From: a virus
Taxonomy: Duplodnaviria; Caudoviricetes
Direction: 5' to 3' (one strand)
Length of the DNA stretch: 53,391 bases
IMG/VR virus record: IMGVR_UViG_3300047409_000788
Span: 1-53,391 of that record
Shown here piece by piece: positions 1 to 9,546 of this stretch (position 1 is its first letter; each line of letters opens with the position of its first letter). Both the position numbers and the translations under genes were made by a program. The notes beneath the pieces were generated by a model. The model did not search any database and had not been told where the DNA came from. It saw nothing but the letters and a program-made list of their open reading frames with translations.

Positions 1-129
1 CAATCCTTGAACAGTGAGTATCAAAGCGGTAAAACGCAACAACAACCCTTGCAAGACCCTTGTATAGAGGGAATGCCACCATGCCAGAAGACGCCTCAGT
101 AATGCAATAGCACTTGACTTATCAAGCAT

Positions 130-1239
130 CTATTTCACCTTGAAAAATCGCTTCCCCTCCCCATAGATGCCCTTGGATGGTATAGAGACACGCCGGTTCT
201 TGTCCCTTTCCACATGGCCGATCTTATAGGCTTGCTTTCCGCGGGAACGCACAATGGAGAGGACACGTTCTGCCTCATCAGCACGGACGACTATGCAGAA
301 CCCTATACCCATGTTATACACGCGGAACAGCTCTGTATCGTCAACATTTCCGAGCTGTTTAATGAGAGAAAAAATAGGCAGGTCTTCAGGCAGGTACTCA
401 ATAACATACCCTACCTCTGCCTTAACACGAGTTAGATTGAGAAACCCATCGCTTGTGATATGGATAAGAGCCTTGACTGGTAAGCCATGCTGAAGAATCT
501 CTAGTACCTCTTGTACATAGATATGGGTTGGCTTGAGTAGCTCTTCCCCGAGAGTACACGTAAGAGTTGGAAACAATGCATCCACAGAGTAATTATGATG
601 TTCAAAGAAGACATGACGAGCTAGCGTTAAGCCATTACTATGAATGCCATTGCTCTCTATACCAATGACGGCATCCCCTTCCTGGATATCCTGTCCAATA
701 ATGATTTTATCGAGAGGCACAGTGCCAACAGCCGTCCCGGCTAGATCAAAACCATACCCTTCTCTATCCCTATGGCTCTTCACAATTTCTCGCAGTTGGG
801 CAATCTCGCCGCCACAGATAGAAATATTCGCGCGTCTCGCTCCTTCACAGAGACCCTCGGCTATCGCTTCTAGGAAGTCAGGATGAGGTTCTTGCAGTGC
901 AATATAATCAACCATGGAGATCGGTGTCGCCCCGACGCAGAGTACGTCATTCACATTCATTGCCACGCAATCAATGCCAATGGTGTCGTACTTTCCCATC
1001 ATCTGAGCGACGAGCGCCTTTGTCCCTACACCATCAGTAGAGATAGCAAGCCCGATACCACCAAGGTCAATGACATTGGCAAAGTAACCAAGTGGAAGCT
1101 TGACCGCTCCTATGCCTTCGCTCGAAGGCCATGTTTGCTGCACCTTCTTGGTCAGGCGCTTGAGGCCGATGTCTGCTTGTTCGGTATCAACGCCTGCCGT
1201 TTGATATGCCGTGGGATGTTGGGGAGAAGTAGGGCTCAT
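130..1239 (-). CDS. purM: Phosphoribosylformylglycinamidine cyclo-ligase (AIR synthetase)
   Basis: PurM motifs YQTAGVD, STDGVGTK, IGIDCVAMNVND, FDLAG, SNGIHSNG, HIT, YNMGIG; 369 aa; lower GC than the downstream element. Confidence 0.92.
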   Translation of the reverse strand: MSPTSPQHPTAYQTAGVDTEQADIGLKRLTKKVQQTWPSSEGIGAVKLPLGYFANVIDLGGIGLAISTDGVGTKALVAQMMGKYDTIGIDCVAMNVNDVLCVGATPISMVDYIALQEPHPDFLEAIAEGLCEGARRANISICGGEIAQLREIVKSHRDREGYGFDLAGTAVGTVPLDKIIIGQDIQEGDAVIGIESNGIHSNGLTLARHVFFEHHNYSVDALFPTLTCTLGEELLKPTHIYVQEVLEILQHGLPVKALIHITSDGFLNLTRVKAEVGYVIEYLPEDLPIFSLIKQLGNVDDTELFRVYNMGIGFCIVVRADEAERVLSIVRSRGKQAYKIGHVERDKNRRVSIPSKGIYGEGKRFFKVK

Positions 1240-1294
1240 ATATCGTTCGTATCTCTACTTGGTTTTTGTGTCTCTACTCAGTTTTATAAGTGCC

Positions 1295-1362
1295 TTAGGG
1301 AGGGAGCCAGTAGGGAAGACTCCCCCTCCGACCCTAGCTCTCTATTCCCTATCTCCCTTCCC
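1295..1362. repeat. Purine/pyrimidine-asymmetric short-tandem-repeat hairpin element, copy 1 (intergenic)
   Basis: Minus strand reads GGGAAGGGAGATAGGGAATAGAGAGCTAGGG...TCTTCCCTAC...CTCCCTCCCT, similar to the element at 40372-40486. Confidence 0.6.
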
Positions 1363-2799
1363 TCACCGATCGTACACCAGGAACGGCAAAATCCGCCCGT
1401 CCGAACTGCCGCCATCGATCGCCGGGCTGAGCCCCCCGAGCGACACCAGGCCATTGCCCTTCCACATGGTCCGGATCACCACCGGATAACTCGTCGTATT
1501 GAGGTCGAGGGCGGTCCCCGTCCCCAGATAGACCAGGCCTTCGAGCGTCGCCATTTGCACGTTCCGGAGCTTCACCCCCTGACTGTTTTCCGCGCCATGC
1601 AGGTACGCGAGTTGGAGGTTGAGCAAGCCGGTCTGATGCTCAATGCGGACCAGATAGCCCGGACTATTGGTGCTCTGCTCCCAGCGCACATGCAAGAGCG
1701 CCAGATTCCAGCTCTGAACCGTGGTCGTGGTATCGACCCACTTGAGGCCATCACTGCCGCGCGCCCAGGCCTGATCGCCCTCAAACGTGACATTGCTAAG
1801 ATTGACGCCGCTATCGATCAGGACCACGGGTTGCACCATCGCCGTGGCCGTGAGGGTGAGATCGCGAAACATGGTATGGTCGAGGTCCACTGCGCTGTTC
1901 GGGTCGCCGGAAATCTGGAGGGGAATATCCCCGTAAATTTCCGCCCCTTCGACCAGGTTATTATCCCTCCCATGGAGCCACAGGCCAATACTGGTCGCCC
2001 CCGTCCAGGCCTGGTCCGCACCGATCTGGACATCCGTCATCAGGAACCCCGAACAGTCCACCAGGTTCACCCCCACCTTTTGCACCGTGGTATTCGTGGT
2101 GAGAATCGAGAGACCCCGGAGCGAGGAGCGGAAATTGATCCCGGTGCCGTTGGCAAAATGAAACACCCCGTTGGTGCTTCCGCCCGTGGGCGCATAGTGC
2201 ACCATCGTCGAGGCTTTCCCGGCGCCGGTAATTTGGATGCCGCTGGCCGCCGCCAAGACGGGCGCCGTGAGCTGGTAATGCCCGGGCGGGAGCACATACG
2301 TGGTACTGCCTTGCCAACTAGTCAGGGCGGTATCCCATCCGGTCCAGGGCGTCGCCGCCGAGCCATCCCCCGCCGTACTCAAGTCGCGCACGTTGACCGG
2401 GGTATAGAGCAGCGTGAGCTTGCCCGTGCCGGTGTGCCAGGTCGCCGACTCCGTCATCGGCGGGCTGTTGAGGGTCAGCGTCACGCCGGAGTTAATCTGC
2501 ACCACCGTGCCCGTGGGGGCCCAGAGGGTCAGCGTGGCGGGCACGGTCACATTCCCCGCTAACACCCAGACGCCGGCTTTCAGCCACAGCGTTTTCCGCG
2601 CCGTGCCCTGGGCCGCAATCGCGGCGTTGAGCGTCGTATGGGTCAACGCGCTGCCATAGGCCGGTAAGGTGACATCGACCAGGGAGGCAGGCTCTTGCAT
2701 CATCGCTCTATATGTCTGGCTGTAACCATTTGTATAGAATATGGTTACAGCAAAAATGGGGAACAAAAATAGCTTAAAAAAACCCCAGTTGAGTCGCAT
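1363..2799 (-). CDS. Beta-helix (pectate-lyase-like) tailspike/appendage protein A with N-terminal signal peptide
   Basis: Hydrophobic N-terminus ending GYS-QT; about 100-aa domain shared with the 10162 and 11895 ORFs; LPPGHY and beta-helix-like repeats. Confidence 0.65.
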   Translation of the reverse strand: MRLNWGFFKLFLFPIFAVTIFYTNGYSQTYRAMMQEPASLVDVTLPAYGSALTHTTLNAAIAAQGTARKTLWLKAGVWVLAGNVTVPATLTLWAPTGTVVQINSGVTLTLNSPPMTESATWHTGTGKLTLLYTPVNVRDLSTAGDGSAATPWTGWDTALTSWQGSTTYVLPPGHYQLTAPVLAAASGIQITGAGKASTMVHYAPTGGSTNGVFHFANGTGINFRSSLRGLSILTTNTTVQKVGVNLVDCSGFLMTDVQIGADQAWTGATSIGLWLHGRDNNLVEGAEIYGDIPLQISGDPNSAVDLDHTMFRDLTLTATAMVQPVVLIDSGVNLSNVTFEGDQAWARGSDGLKWVDTTTTVQSWNLALLHVRWEQSTNSPGYLVRIEHQTGLLNLQLAYLHGAENSQGVKLRNVQMATLEGLVYLGTGTALDLNTTSYPVVIRTMWKGNGLVSLGGLSPAIDGGSSDGRILPFLVYDR

Positions 2800-3535
2800 A
2801 GTCCCTCCTCAATCTAAGTCTTGATGTTGGATCTTTCCTATATTGTTCGAGGAGTATCTGCTTCCTCGCACAATGAAAATAGAATCCTGCACTTACAGCA
2901 CTCGGAAGCGACAGCCTATAATGTAGCTGTCGCTTTGTTCCATAGGGGCCGCCATTATTTGCACTTACTGTTGTATGGATGCCAATACTTGCACAGAGCT
3001 TACCAAACTCCTGTACAAATCCATGAGCACCGGCAAACCTCAGATAATTGTCTCGACACTTCTTTTTTTTGCTCACTATCCCCAGCGAAATGGATCCATC
3101 CGTATCCATGAGCCCTGCCAGGAACGCCAGTCGTGCGCCCTCTGACGCCTTCCAGATATACTGCGGCATGCGCTTCTTCTCATTCGTTGCACATAGGAGA
3201 AACTGGGTCAGTGGGATACTGTTCCACTGCACGATATAGATAACCGTTCCTTGATTGACAATCCGTTGCCCTATTCGCGCTTCACGCATCTCCGGGAAGA
3301 ATGCCTTGATCTCTGCGTTACACCTCGTGCCAATTTCTTCCTCGGCACATGCCATGCGCACATAGTAGCGCTTTTTCTCCGGCGCATACGCTGCGTACCC
3401 ATCTCCAAGAAAAGCCCCAAAGAAATACGAGAGCGGACTGAGATCGCGCAAGAACCAAGATGCCCAGGCGGTAGAACCTGCCCAGGACCACGGCAGATGT
3501 TTCGGACCAGATACGGTATGCTTACTGCTAGCCAT
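2774..3535 (-). CDS. Free-standing intein-type (DOD) LAGLIDADG homing endonuclease
   Basis: Motifs YFFGAFLGDG and FLAGLMDTDGS; no intein splicing termini; RBS AGGAG before ATG at 3535; AT-rich. Confidence 0.85.
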   Translation of the reverse strand: MASSKHTVSGPKHLPWSWAGSTAWASWFLRDLSPLSYFFGAFLGDGYAAYAPEKKRYYVRMACAEEEIGTRCNAEIKAFFPEMREARIGQRIVNQGTVIYIVQWNSIPLTQFLLCATNEKKRMPQYIWKASEGARLAFLAGLMDTDGSISLGIVSKKKKCRDNYLRFAGAHGFVQEFGKLCASIGIHTTVSANNGGPYGTKRQLHYRLSLPSAVSAGFYFHCARKQILLEQYRKDPTSRLRLRRDYATQLGFF

Positions 3536-3566
3536 GCTCATCTCCTGCATAGATGGGTGTGGTCAG

Positions 3567-3609
3567 AGACGCTCCCGGTATTCCAGTACCGGGAGCGTCT
3601 TGTATTTTA
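3567..3609 (-). promoter_or_regulatory. -10 box followed by a perfect 14-bp leader hairpin upstream of the LAGLIDADG gene
   Basis: TAAAAT (3604-3609, minus) then AGACGCTCCCGGTA-6nt-TACCGGGAGCGTCT. Confidence 0.55.
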
Positions 3610-3670
3610 CAACGTATTATATCATATAACTATTTATATTACAATTACTTATAGAAATTGTCATGCGTGC

Positions 3671-3895
3671 CTATGGTGATGTTTCTCGTATCCTCTGGCA
3701 TTGTTCGATCGTGGCGCCCCCGGTGGCCGTAATACCATGCAGGGCCACATAGGGACCGCCGTACCCCTCATAATACAGACAACTCGTCACCTCGCGCAGA
3801 TTCAGCATCTCCGGGAGCGACACCTGTTGCGTGCAGCCGCCGAGCACCAGCCCCAGGGTGACGAGCACACCTCGATACAATCTGCGCTGTAGCAT
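3671..3895 (-). CDS. Small lipoprotein
   Basis: Basic N-terminus, hydrophobic stretch, lipobox LGGC. Confidence 0.55.
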   Translation of the reverse strand: MLQRRLYRGVLVTLGLVLGGCTQQVSLPEMLNLREVTSCLYYEGYGGPYVALHGITATGGATIEQCQRIRETSP

Positions 3896-3959
3896 ACCGC
3901 TCGTTTCTAGTCAGAAATAAATCCCTGACTTTTTTCTGTATTGAAACTATCTCGCCTCC

Positions 3960-6476
3960 CTACGCAGGGACCTGCACCCCACTCACGGCATGCACATGGT
4001 TGCCAAACGGCCCGGGCCCGCCCAGCGTCCCTAGGGCGCGCACCATGAACCACGCATCGGCGCTCAAGAGATTGGCCACGACCATGGACGTCCCCATCGT
4101 CGCATCCAGGGCCGCCAGCAGCGCAAAATGTGCCTCATCCAGTGGCGAGCGCCAGACCTCGAACCCCAGGAGGGTATCGCCGGCCGGCAGCCCTGGCAAA
4201 CTCCACGTGAGCCCAAAGATGTCCGGCCCCGCGACGGCCACGCCACTGAGCCACGGCCCCGTGGGCGGCCCCGCCGAGACGGTCAGCGGCGGCGCCGGCG
4301 GCAGGGGATTGTCCTGCGGCTCCGGGTAGTCGTACAGGGTGGGGACGTAGACGGACCCGGCGAGGCGGTACCCGTCCTGATCCTGGGTGACCTGTTCGAT
4401 GACCAGATGATGCAGACTCGTGTTGGTCACGCCGAGTGCCCACAGATCGCCGGTCACGGGCGGCACACTGAGCGGCACGTCCAACAGCACTGCGCCCCAG
4501 GGGCCGCTCGGCGTGACCACGGCCCGCGTCTCCATGAGGTTCGTCGCCATATGGCGCACCAACACGCTATAGCTGGTGCTCGGCACCAGCGTCGCGATCG
4601 TGCCCAGCACGAGCCGCTCGGTCGTGCTGTCGTCGCCCAGAAACCCGGACACTCCGCGCGCAAAGTTGGTGGTGGGATAACTGACGGCGACATGATCCAG
4701 CGGCTCCGAGACCAGGGCGCCGAGCGGGGCCGTCCAGGCCACATGGCGTTGCACGAGCCGCAGGCGTTCGAGCAAATACCGCGCCATCCAGTAGGCATGC
4801 GCGAAACTGGTCAGACTATACAGCGTGACGGCGGGGGCTTCCCGCTGCGGCTCGCTCTCCGTCCCTGGGGCGCGATAGGTCAGGAGATGGGGACGGAATC
4901 CCATCGCCTCATCCGGAAACTGGACGAAAATCGTATTGGGCGGCAGCCCGTCCCCCGCCCCCTGGGACGGCCGGGCACTGCCTTCCACCATATTCCCAGG
5001 GCTACTGTAGAGCAGTCCCGGCTCCCCCGCCTGGTCGATCACGAGCTTGAGGCCACTCTGCGAGGGCACGAGCGCCGCCCGGCCTTCACTGAGGAGGATA
5101 TTGATCCAATCCGGCGCCGGCCGCCGATCATTGATGAGGAGGTCACAGCGATCCTTGGGAAAGCCGACATGGCTGCCGGCCTGGGTGGCCCAATACGCCG
5201 CCGCGGCCAGAAAGGAGGGCAGATCGAGCGTGGCGGGATCGACGCGATGGCCCAGCCCCACCCGGACATTCGTGAGCAGATCATAGAGGACCCAGGCCCG
5301 GTTGTTACTCCAGGCCGTGGTAAACGTGGTGCCATTCCAGATGGGGACCAGCCGCCCATAGAGAAACGCCGACCCTCGCATACTGTCAAACGACTGAATC
5401 TGCGCTGAGGAGATGCCGCGAAAGGCGAGCAGGGGCTGCCCGAGATACAGCGGGTCGCCCCCTTGCTCTTCCATCACGTTGTAGAGCGTGGGCAAGACGC
5501 CTTCCTGGTTGGTGGTATCGAGGAGCCGCAGGCGGAAGAGCCATTGCGTGGAGTCGGGCAGGTCATAGCGCCGGGTGGCAAAGAACTGGGGACTTTGGGT
5601 CGTGCCACTCCACGTCAGCGTCGCATCGGCCACACTCCAGGTGGCATCGGTGATGCGCCGAAAGTCCACGCTGAGATGTTGCGTCGCCGCCCCACCGCCG
5701 GCCGTCCGGAGCACCGGGATCGTGAGAAACAGGGTGACGGCGTTGGTGCGCGTGCCACGGGTTTGATAGATGACATCTTGCGCCAGGGGGAGTTGGCGCC
5801 CGTCCGTCCACACCTGCGACAGGGTGGCGAAGTCGGGGTGAATGAGGGTGGCGTTGTCGGCCCCGCCGAGCCGCACATACGTTTCAATGCCCGCGTACTG
5901 ATTGACGTCGATATCGTCAATCTGCGCATCCTTCATGCCCGAGATAGGGCCTTCTCCCATGCTGTAGAGAATGCCAAAGGTCAGGGCCCGGGTACTCGGC
6001 GCTACCGCACACCGCGTCGTGAGGATGTGCCCGTACACGCGCTGGGTGCCGTAGCATAAGGACTTTGGGGTGCCCTGGGCGGTGGTGTTTGTGCGTCCGC
6101 TAATGCCGTAAGCCGCTTCCGTTTTGCCTTCCGTCTGGTGCGGGGTAGGCATCAGCGCCCGCAGGACATACCCGAGGCCCAGGCTGACGGCGGAGCTGAC
6201 TACGGCGGTCAGGGCCGCACTGGCGATGATGCCCCAAATCGTGGCGCCCGCGGCGAGGGTCGTAAACAAGGCGCCGGTTTTGAGGTAGACCCGCAGGCGG
6301 TCGCTCTGCTGGGGTTCGTAGGCCGGCCAGTCGTCACGGAATGCTCCATTGACCATGACGGCGGTGATGTGCTCGTAAACGTCGGGGCGAAACCAGGTGC
6401 CCAACGTCTGCCCTGGGACGGCAGGGGCCTGGAGATGGTGTGGCTCGTCCAGGGGGGCGAGGAACGTCAGGTGCAT
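3960..6476 (-). CDS. Tail tip/central fibre protein (lambda gpJ-like, N-terminal gpI-like region fused)
   Basis: YGTQRV, GEGPI, WSNNRAWVLYDLLTN..GLG motifs, C-terminal FN3-like segment; position in the tip module. Confidence 0.8.
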   Translation of the reverse strand: MHLTFLAPLDEPHHLQAPAVPGQTLGTWFRPDVYEHITAVMVNGAFRDDWPAYEPQQSDRLRVYLKTGALFTTLAAGATIWGIIASAALTAVVSSAVSLGLGYVLRALMPTPHQTEGKTEAAYGISGRTNTTAQGTPKSLCYGTQRVYGHILTTRCAVAPSTRALTFGILYSMGEGPISGMKDAQIDDIDVNQYAGIETYVRLGGADNATLIHPDFATLSQVWTDGRQLPLAQDVIYQTRGTRTNAVTLFLTIPVLRTAGGGAATQHLSVDFRRITDATWSVADATLTWSGTTQSPQFFATRRYDLPDSTQWLFRLRLLDTTNQEGVLPTLYNVMEEQGGDPLYLGQPLLAFRGISSAQIQSFDSMRGSAFLYGRLVPIWNGTTFTTAWSNNRAWVLYDLLTNVRVGLGHRVDPATLDLPSFLAAAAYWATQAGSHVGFPKDRCDLLINDRRPAPDWINILLSEGRAALVPSQSGLKLVIDQAGEPGLLYSSPGNMVEGSARPSQGAGDGLPPNTIFVQFPDEAMGFRPHLLTYRAPGTESEPQREAPAVTLYSLTSFAHAYWMARYLLERLRLVQRHVAWTAPLGALVSEPLDHVAVSYPTTNFARGVSGFLGDDSTTERLVLGTIATLVPSTSYSVLVRHMATNLMETRAVVTPSGPWGAVLLDVPLSVPPVTGDLWALGVTNTSLHHLVIEQVTQDQDGYRLAGSVYVPTLYDYPEPQDNPLPPAPPLTVSAGPPTGPWLSGVAVAGPDIFGLTWSLPGLPAGDTLLGFEVWRSPLDEAHFALLAALDATMGTSMVVANLLSADAWFMVRALGTLGGPGPFGNHVHAVSGVQVPA

Positions 6477-6877
6477 GGCAGAAAGCCTTTCCACCGCAAA
6501 CCATGGCGAAACCACCGCCGCCAGGGGCCTTGATCGATGGCAAACCGGGCCACGCCATTAGTCAGCCAACTGCAATGAAACCCCCAGGTGGACGCCACGA
6601 AGAGTCCGACATGGCGGGCCGTGGGTTCGGGGCTAAGGCGCGCGAGCATGACATCAAAGGGCTGGTAGGGCGGCGGGATGATGGTAAAACATGCGTGCCC
6701 CTCTTCGGCCGTGGGCGGGAGGGCAATACCACTCTGCGCAAACGCTAGGACCACAAGGCCATAGCAACCTAACCCGGTCGTAGGGTCAAGTCCCCCCTGA
6801 CACCACGGCACCTGCCGCAGGACCAGGGCTTGTAGAGAGGCCCGCACCGGCTCCGGATCAGGCAGGGGCAGCGGCAT
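6467..6877 (-). CDS. NlpC/P60-like tail tip protein (gpK-like)
   Basis: GLGCYGLV and HVGL..FH catalytic pattern; directly upstream of the J-like gene. Confidence 0.75.
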   Translation of the reverse strand: MPLPLPDPEPVRASLQALVLRQVPWCQGGLDPTTGLGCYGLVVLAFAQSGIALPPTAEEGHACFTIIPPPYQPFDVMLARLSPEPTARHVGLFVASTWGFHCSWLTNGVARFAIDQGPWRRWFRHGLRWKGFLPCT

Positions 6878-7673
6878 CCACCGCCCTCCTCCGGTCTACC
6901 CGTACCCATTTTTCAATGTACTGCGTACTCGTCGCTTGACGAATACACGGCTGGTCCGCCAGGTCCCACTCCTCCTCGTACCCGTACCACGTCAGATACG
7001 GGTGGAAGACGGGCCGAAAATAGTCCACATCCTCCGGGGTAAACCAGTGGCGCCATTCCCCAGGTGTGCCCCGGCGCAGAATGCGGGCATAGGGCCGTGG
7101 CGGCGGCCGGACCACCTGCCCGACGACGGGCCTGATGAGGTCTTCATAGTACACGGTCTCGCAGCGTGGGAGCAGGCTATGAAAGGTCAGAAAGCTGTGT
7201 TGGAGTGCTTGAAGCATGGGCAACGCTCCTCTGGGATGCAGGCGAAACCGCACCCACATCAGGTGTTTGAAGAGCGTGGCCGTCGCCACCCGGGCCGGCG
7301 CCGCCACTTTCCGCTGCAGCAGGTCCAGGTAGCGCGCCAGGCCGGTCGGCTGGGCCTGCCAGAGCGGCGGATACGTGGCATTGGACCACAGCGGCAGAAA
7401 GAGGAGCAGACTAATGAGCCGGTCGCGGGGGTCGCGCACCAACACATAGCACTCGTCAAAATCCTCGGCGTGCCACTGGGGCACCAGTTCCTCGCCTGGC
7501 AGGCTGCCGACGAGCGTCTTGACGAGGAGATGGTCCGCCGCACGGATCGTGGCAGCCAAGCTGGGCATGGCGGGCTCAAAGAGCGTCAAGGTCTCTGCCG
7601 GCATGGCGGCCTGCTTGGCCAGAAAGAGGGCCGTGGTTCCACTTCTTGGTTGTCCGCAAATGAGCACTTTCAC
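6858..7673 (-). CDS. PAPS-dependent sulfotransferase
   Basis: 5'-PSB loop GQPRSGTT, 3'-PB VRDPRDRLIS, YED, C-terminal RRGTPGEWR. Confidence 0.8.
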   Translation of the reverse strand: MKVLICGQPRSGTTALFLAKQAAMPAETLTLFEPAMPSLAATIRAADHLLVKTLVGSLPGEELVPQWHAEDFDECYVLVRDPRDRLISLLLFLPLWSNATYPPLWQAQPTGLARYLDLLQRKVAAPARVATATLFKHLMWVRFRLHPRGALPMLQALQHSFLTFHSLLPRCETVYYEDLIRPVVGQVVRPPPRPYARILRRGTPGEWRHWFTPEDVDYFRPVFHPYLTWYGYEEEWDLADQPCIRQATSTQYIEKWVRVDRRRAVDAAAPA

Positions 7674-7700
7674 GGGCTGTGATCCTTAGATTGTGGCCAA

Positions 7701-7919
7701 TTAAATATCCTCCGCTTCATCACGGATAGAAGAGACATAATTTTCCGCATCAACCCCGTCAAAGTACCGACCAACGAGGGCACGTAGTTCATTCATGGCC
7801 TGTTCAGGCGTTTTCGTGCTGCTTACCTTCAAAGACTGAACACGAAATTCTTGAACTTCCCATTCTTTGGGGTTCCATGACGCAACCCCGTACAATTCTG
7901 CAACCTCATGAGTTCGCAT
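7701..7919 (-). pseudogene. AT-rich short ORF, possibly the C-terminal fragment of a larger gene
   Basis: 72 aa, composition unlike neighbours, weak start context. Confidence 0.3.
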
Positions 7920-7960
7920 TGGGTTTTCCTTTGACTTTTGGTGCAAAGCCCCTTTAAGCG

Positions 7961-7997
7961 TTGTTTTTGTGGCTACACTGTGGTAGCATTGTAGCCA
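7961..7997 (+). promoter_or_regulatory. Promoter with overlapping inverted-repeat operator; leaderless transcript
   Basis: TGGCTACA(7970-7977)...TGTAGCCA(7990-7997) flank a TAGCAT -10 that lies 7 nt before ATG 7997. Confidence 0.55.
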
Positions 7998-8200
7998 TGA
8001 AACATTCTACACACTTTCGATTGTCTGATGAGGCCCTGGCCCTTTTGGATGGCTATGCCCAGGCGCGGGGGCTGACCCGCACGGCGATGCTCGAAATGAT
8101 GATCCGTCTCTTTGCTCCCCATGACGCCGTCGCGGGATTTCAGCAGATCGATCTCTCCCCTCGGCGTTGTACATCTGACACGCTACCAGATGGGGCCTGA
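7997..8200 (+). CDS. Ribbon-helix-helix (CopG-like) DNA-binding protein
   Basis: THFRLSDEALALLDGYAQARGLTRTAMLEMMIR fits the RHH pattern. Confidence 0.75.
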   Translation: MKHSTHFRLSDEALALLDGYAQARGLTRTAMLEMMIRLFAPHDAVAGFQQIDLSPRRCTSDTLPDGA

Positions 8201-8224
8201 GAGGCCCCATAGGAAGAAGGTTGT

Positions 8225-8731
8225 ATGCGTTCTCTCGCTCGCTGGGGCGGCCCCCTGCTCCTGTTGACCGGCCTCGGCTGTACCCAAGCTCTGACGCCGG
8301 CCTTGCCCAACATGCACAATACCTGGCTCGATACCACCACCACAAAAGCCGAGGTGGCGCGCCAGTACGGCCAGCCGGCGGATGTGATGCAGGAGGAGGC
8401 CGGCCACAGCACCTGGTTCTACTTTGCGATGACCTCGAAGCCGGCCACGGCCAGTTTCGTCCCCTTTGTTGGCTTGTTTGCTGCCGGGTCGACCGTGGAA
8501 CTCCAGCAACTGCGCCTGCATTTTGCAGGCGACTACTTTGAGACGACGGATCAGGATGCGATTACGCGGTACCAAAATATGTATGCCGGCATCACCGAAA
8601 AGGCACCGCTCTTTGCCGCCGAACACGCCCACGTCGCGACCGAAATGGCGGCCCTGGGGCGGGCGTTTGATCCCGAGTCCTGGCGCACGGCGCAACACAC
8701 GTTGCGGATGTGGCAGATGCTGCGCCAGTAG
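8225..8731 (+). CDS. Lipoprotein with SmpA/OmlA(BamE)-like domain (moron)
   Basis: Lipobox LTGLGC; TTKAEVARQYGQP...WFY motif; RBS AGGAAGAAGG. Confidence 0.65.
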   Translation: MRSLARWGGPLLLLTGLGCTQALTPALPNMHNTWLDTTTTKAEVARQYGQPADVMQEEAGHSTWFYFAMTSKPATASFVPFVGLFAAGSTVELQQLRLHFAGDYFETTDQDAITRYQNMYAGITEKAPLFAAEHAHVATEMAALGRAFDPESWRTAQHTLRMWQMLRQ

Positions 8732-8761
8732 AGTATACACCAACCCGTGGAGGGCTACCCC

Positions 8762-9013
8762 ATGCCGACCTTGCTGTGTCTCGACGGCTATACCTGGCTC
8801 AACCTCGACCTGGTCACCCAGATTCAGTACGCCGCCGGCGGCTGGCACGTGCGCCTATGCGGGGACGCGGCCTTCCTCTCTCTGACGCCAGAGCAGGGGG
8901 CCGTGCTGGCGGCCTGGGTCCGCGCCCATGCGCCGACCAGACCTGGGGCGCCCACGGCCAGCCCGCGTCCGGTGGCCCCCAGGCGGCGGATCAGACCGCC
9001 GGTGCACGGGTAA
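8762..9013 (+). CDS. Hypothetical small protein
   Basis: RBS GGAGG; WLNLDLVTQI beta-rich pattern. Confidence 0.5.
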   Translation: MPTLLCLDGYTWLNLDLVTQIQYAAGGWHVRLCGDAAFLSLTPEQGAVLAAWVRAHAPTRPGAPTASPRPVAPRRRIRPPVHG

Positions 9014-9026
9014 AGGGGGCCAGTAG

Positions 9027-9527
9027 TTACAAGATGCTGGCCCGTCGGAGATCGGGCGCCCCGGGTTCCCCCTCCGCGCTGTAGAGGGTGCGTGGTAACA
9101 CCTCGTTGAGGCCATACTCCAACCCACAGTGCACCGCAGCCATCGTCCAGTCCCAGTCCGCCGTCAGCATCAGGAGGCGGAGGGTGTCCGCCTCGGTCAC
9201 GAGCCCCATGCGATCCAGGTGCACAATCTGTAAGGTAATCGGCTGGCCAAAGAGGTCGTGCTCCTCGAGATAGGCGCCGATCTGGCCCTGGATATTCGCC
9301 ACCGTGATGGTGACCGCCGGTAAGCCCTGCTGGCTCGTCTGCTCCATGCCTTCCCAGCGCATGGGCACGGGTTCATACGTGTGGCCGGCCAACACAAAGG
9401 GCTCTTGCACATCGGCGAGATAGAGCGTGGTCCCGGGGGCAATGGTGACCACGGCCGCCACCGCAAAGACGCCGCCCCCACCGAGGGCGTTCAGCGCACT
9501 GATGATTGAGGAGCTCAAATGTTTCAA
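9027..9527 (-). CDS. Minor tail/hub protein (gpL-like)
   Basis: TTG start after AGGGGA; GHTYEPVPM, VTITVANI motifs; located between the distal tail and K-like genes. Confidence 0.65.
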   Translation of the reverse strand: MKHLSSSIISALNALGGGGVFAVAAVVTIAPGTTLYLADVQEPFVLAGHTYEPVPMRWEGMEQTSQQGLPAVTITVANIQGQIGAYLEEHDLFGQPITLQIVHLDRMGLVTEADTLRLLMLTADWDWTMAAVHCGLEYGLNEVLPRTLYSAEGEPGAPDLRRASIL

Positions 9528-9546
9528 TTTAATTTCCCCTGCACCA

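Noticed and set aside
883-2562. 559-aa plus-strand ORF and similar long antisense ORFs (4128, 10645, 13828, 15874)
   Set aside because: Shadow frames opposite well-supported GC-rich genes; no recognisable motifs
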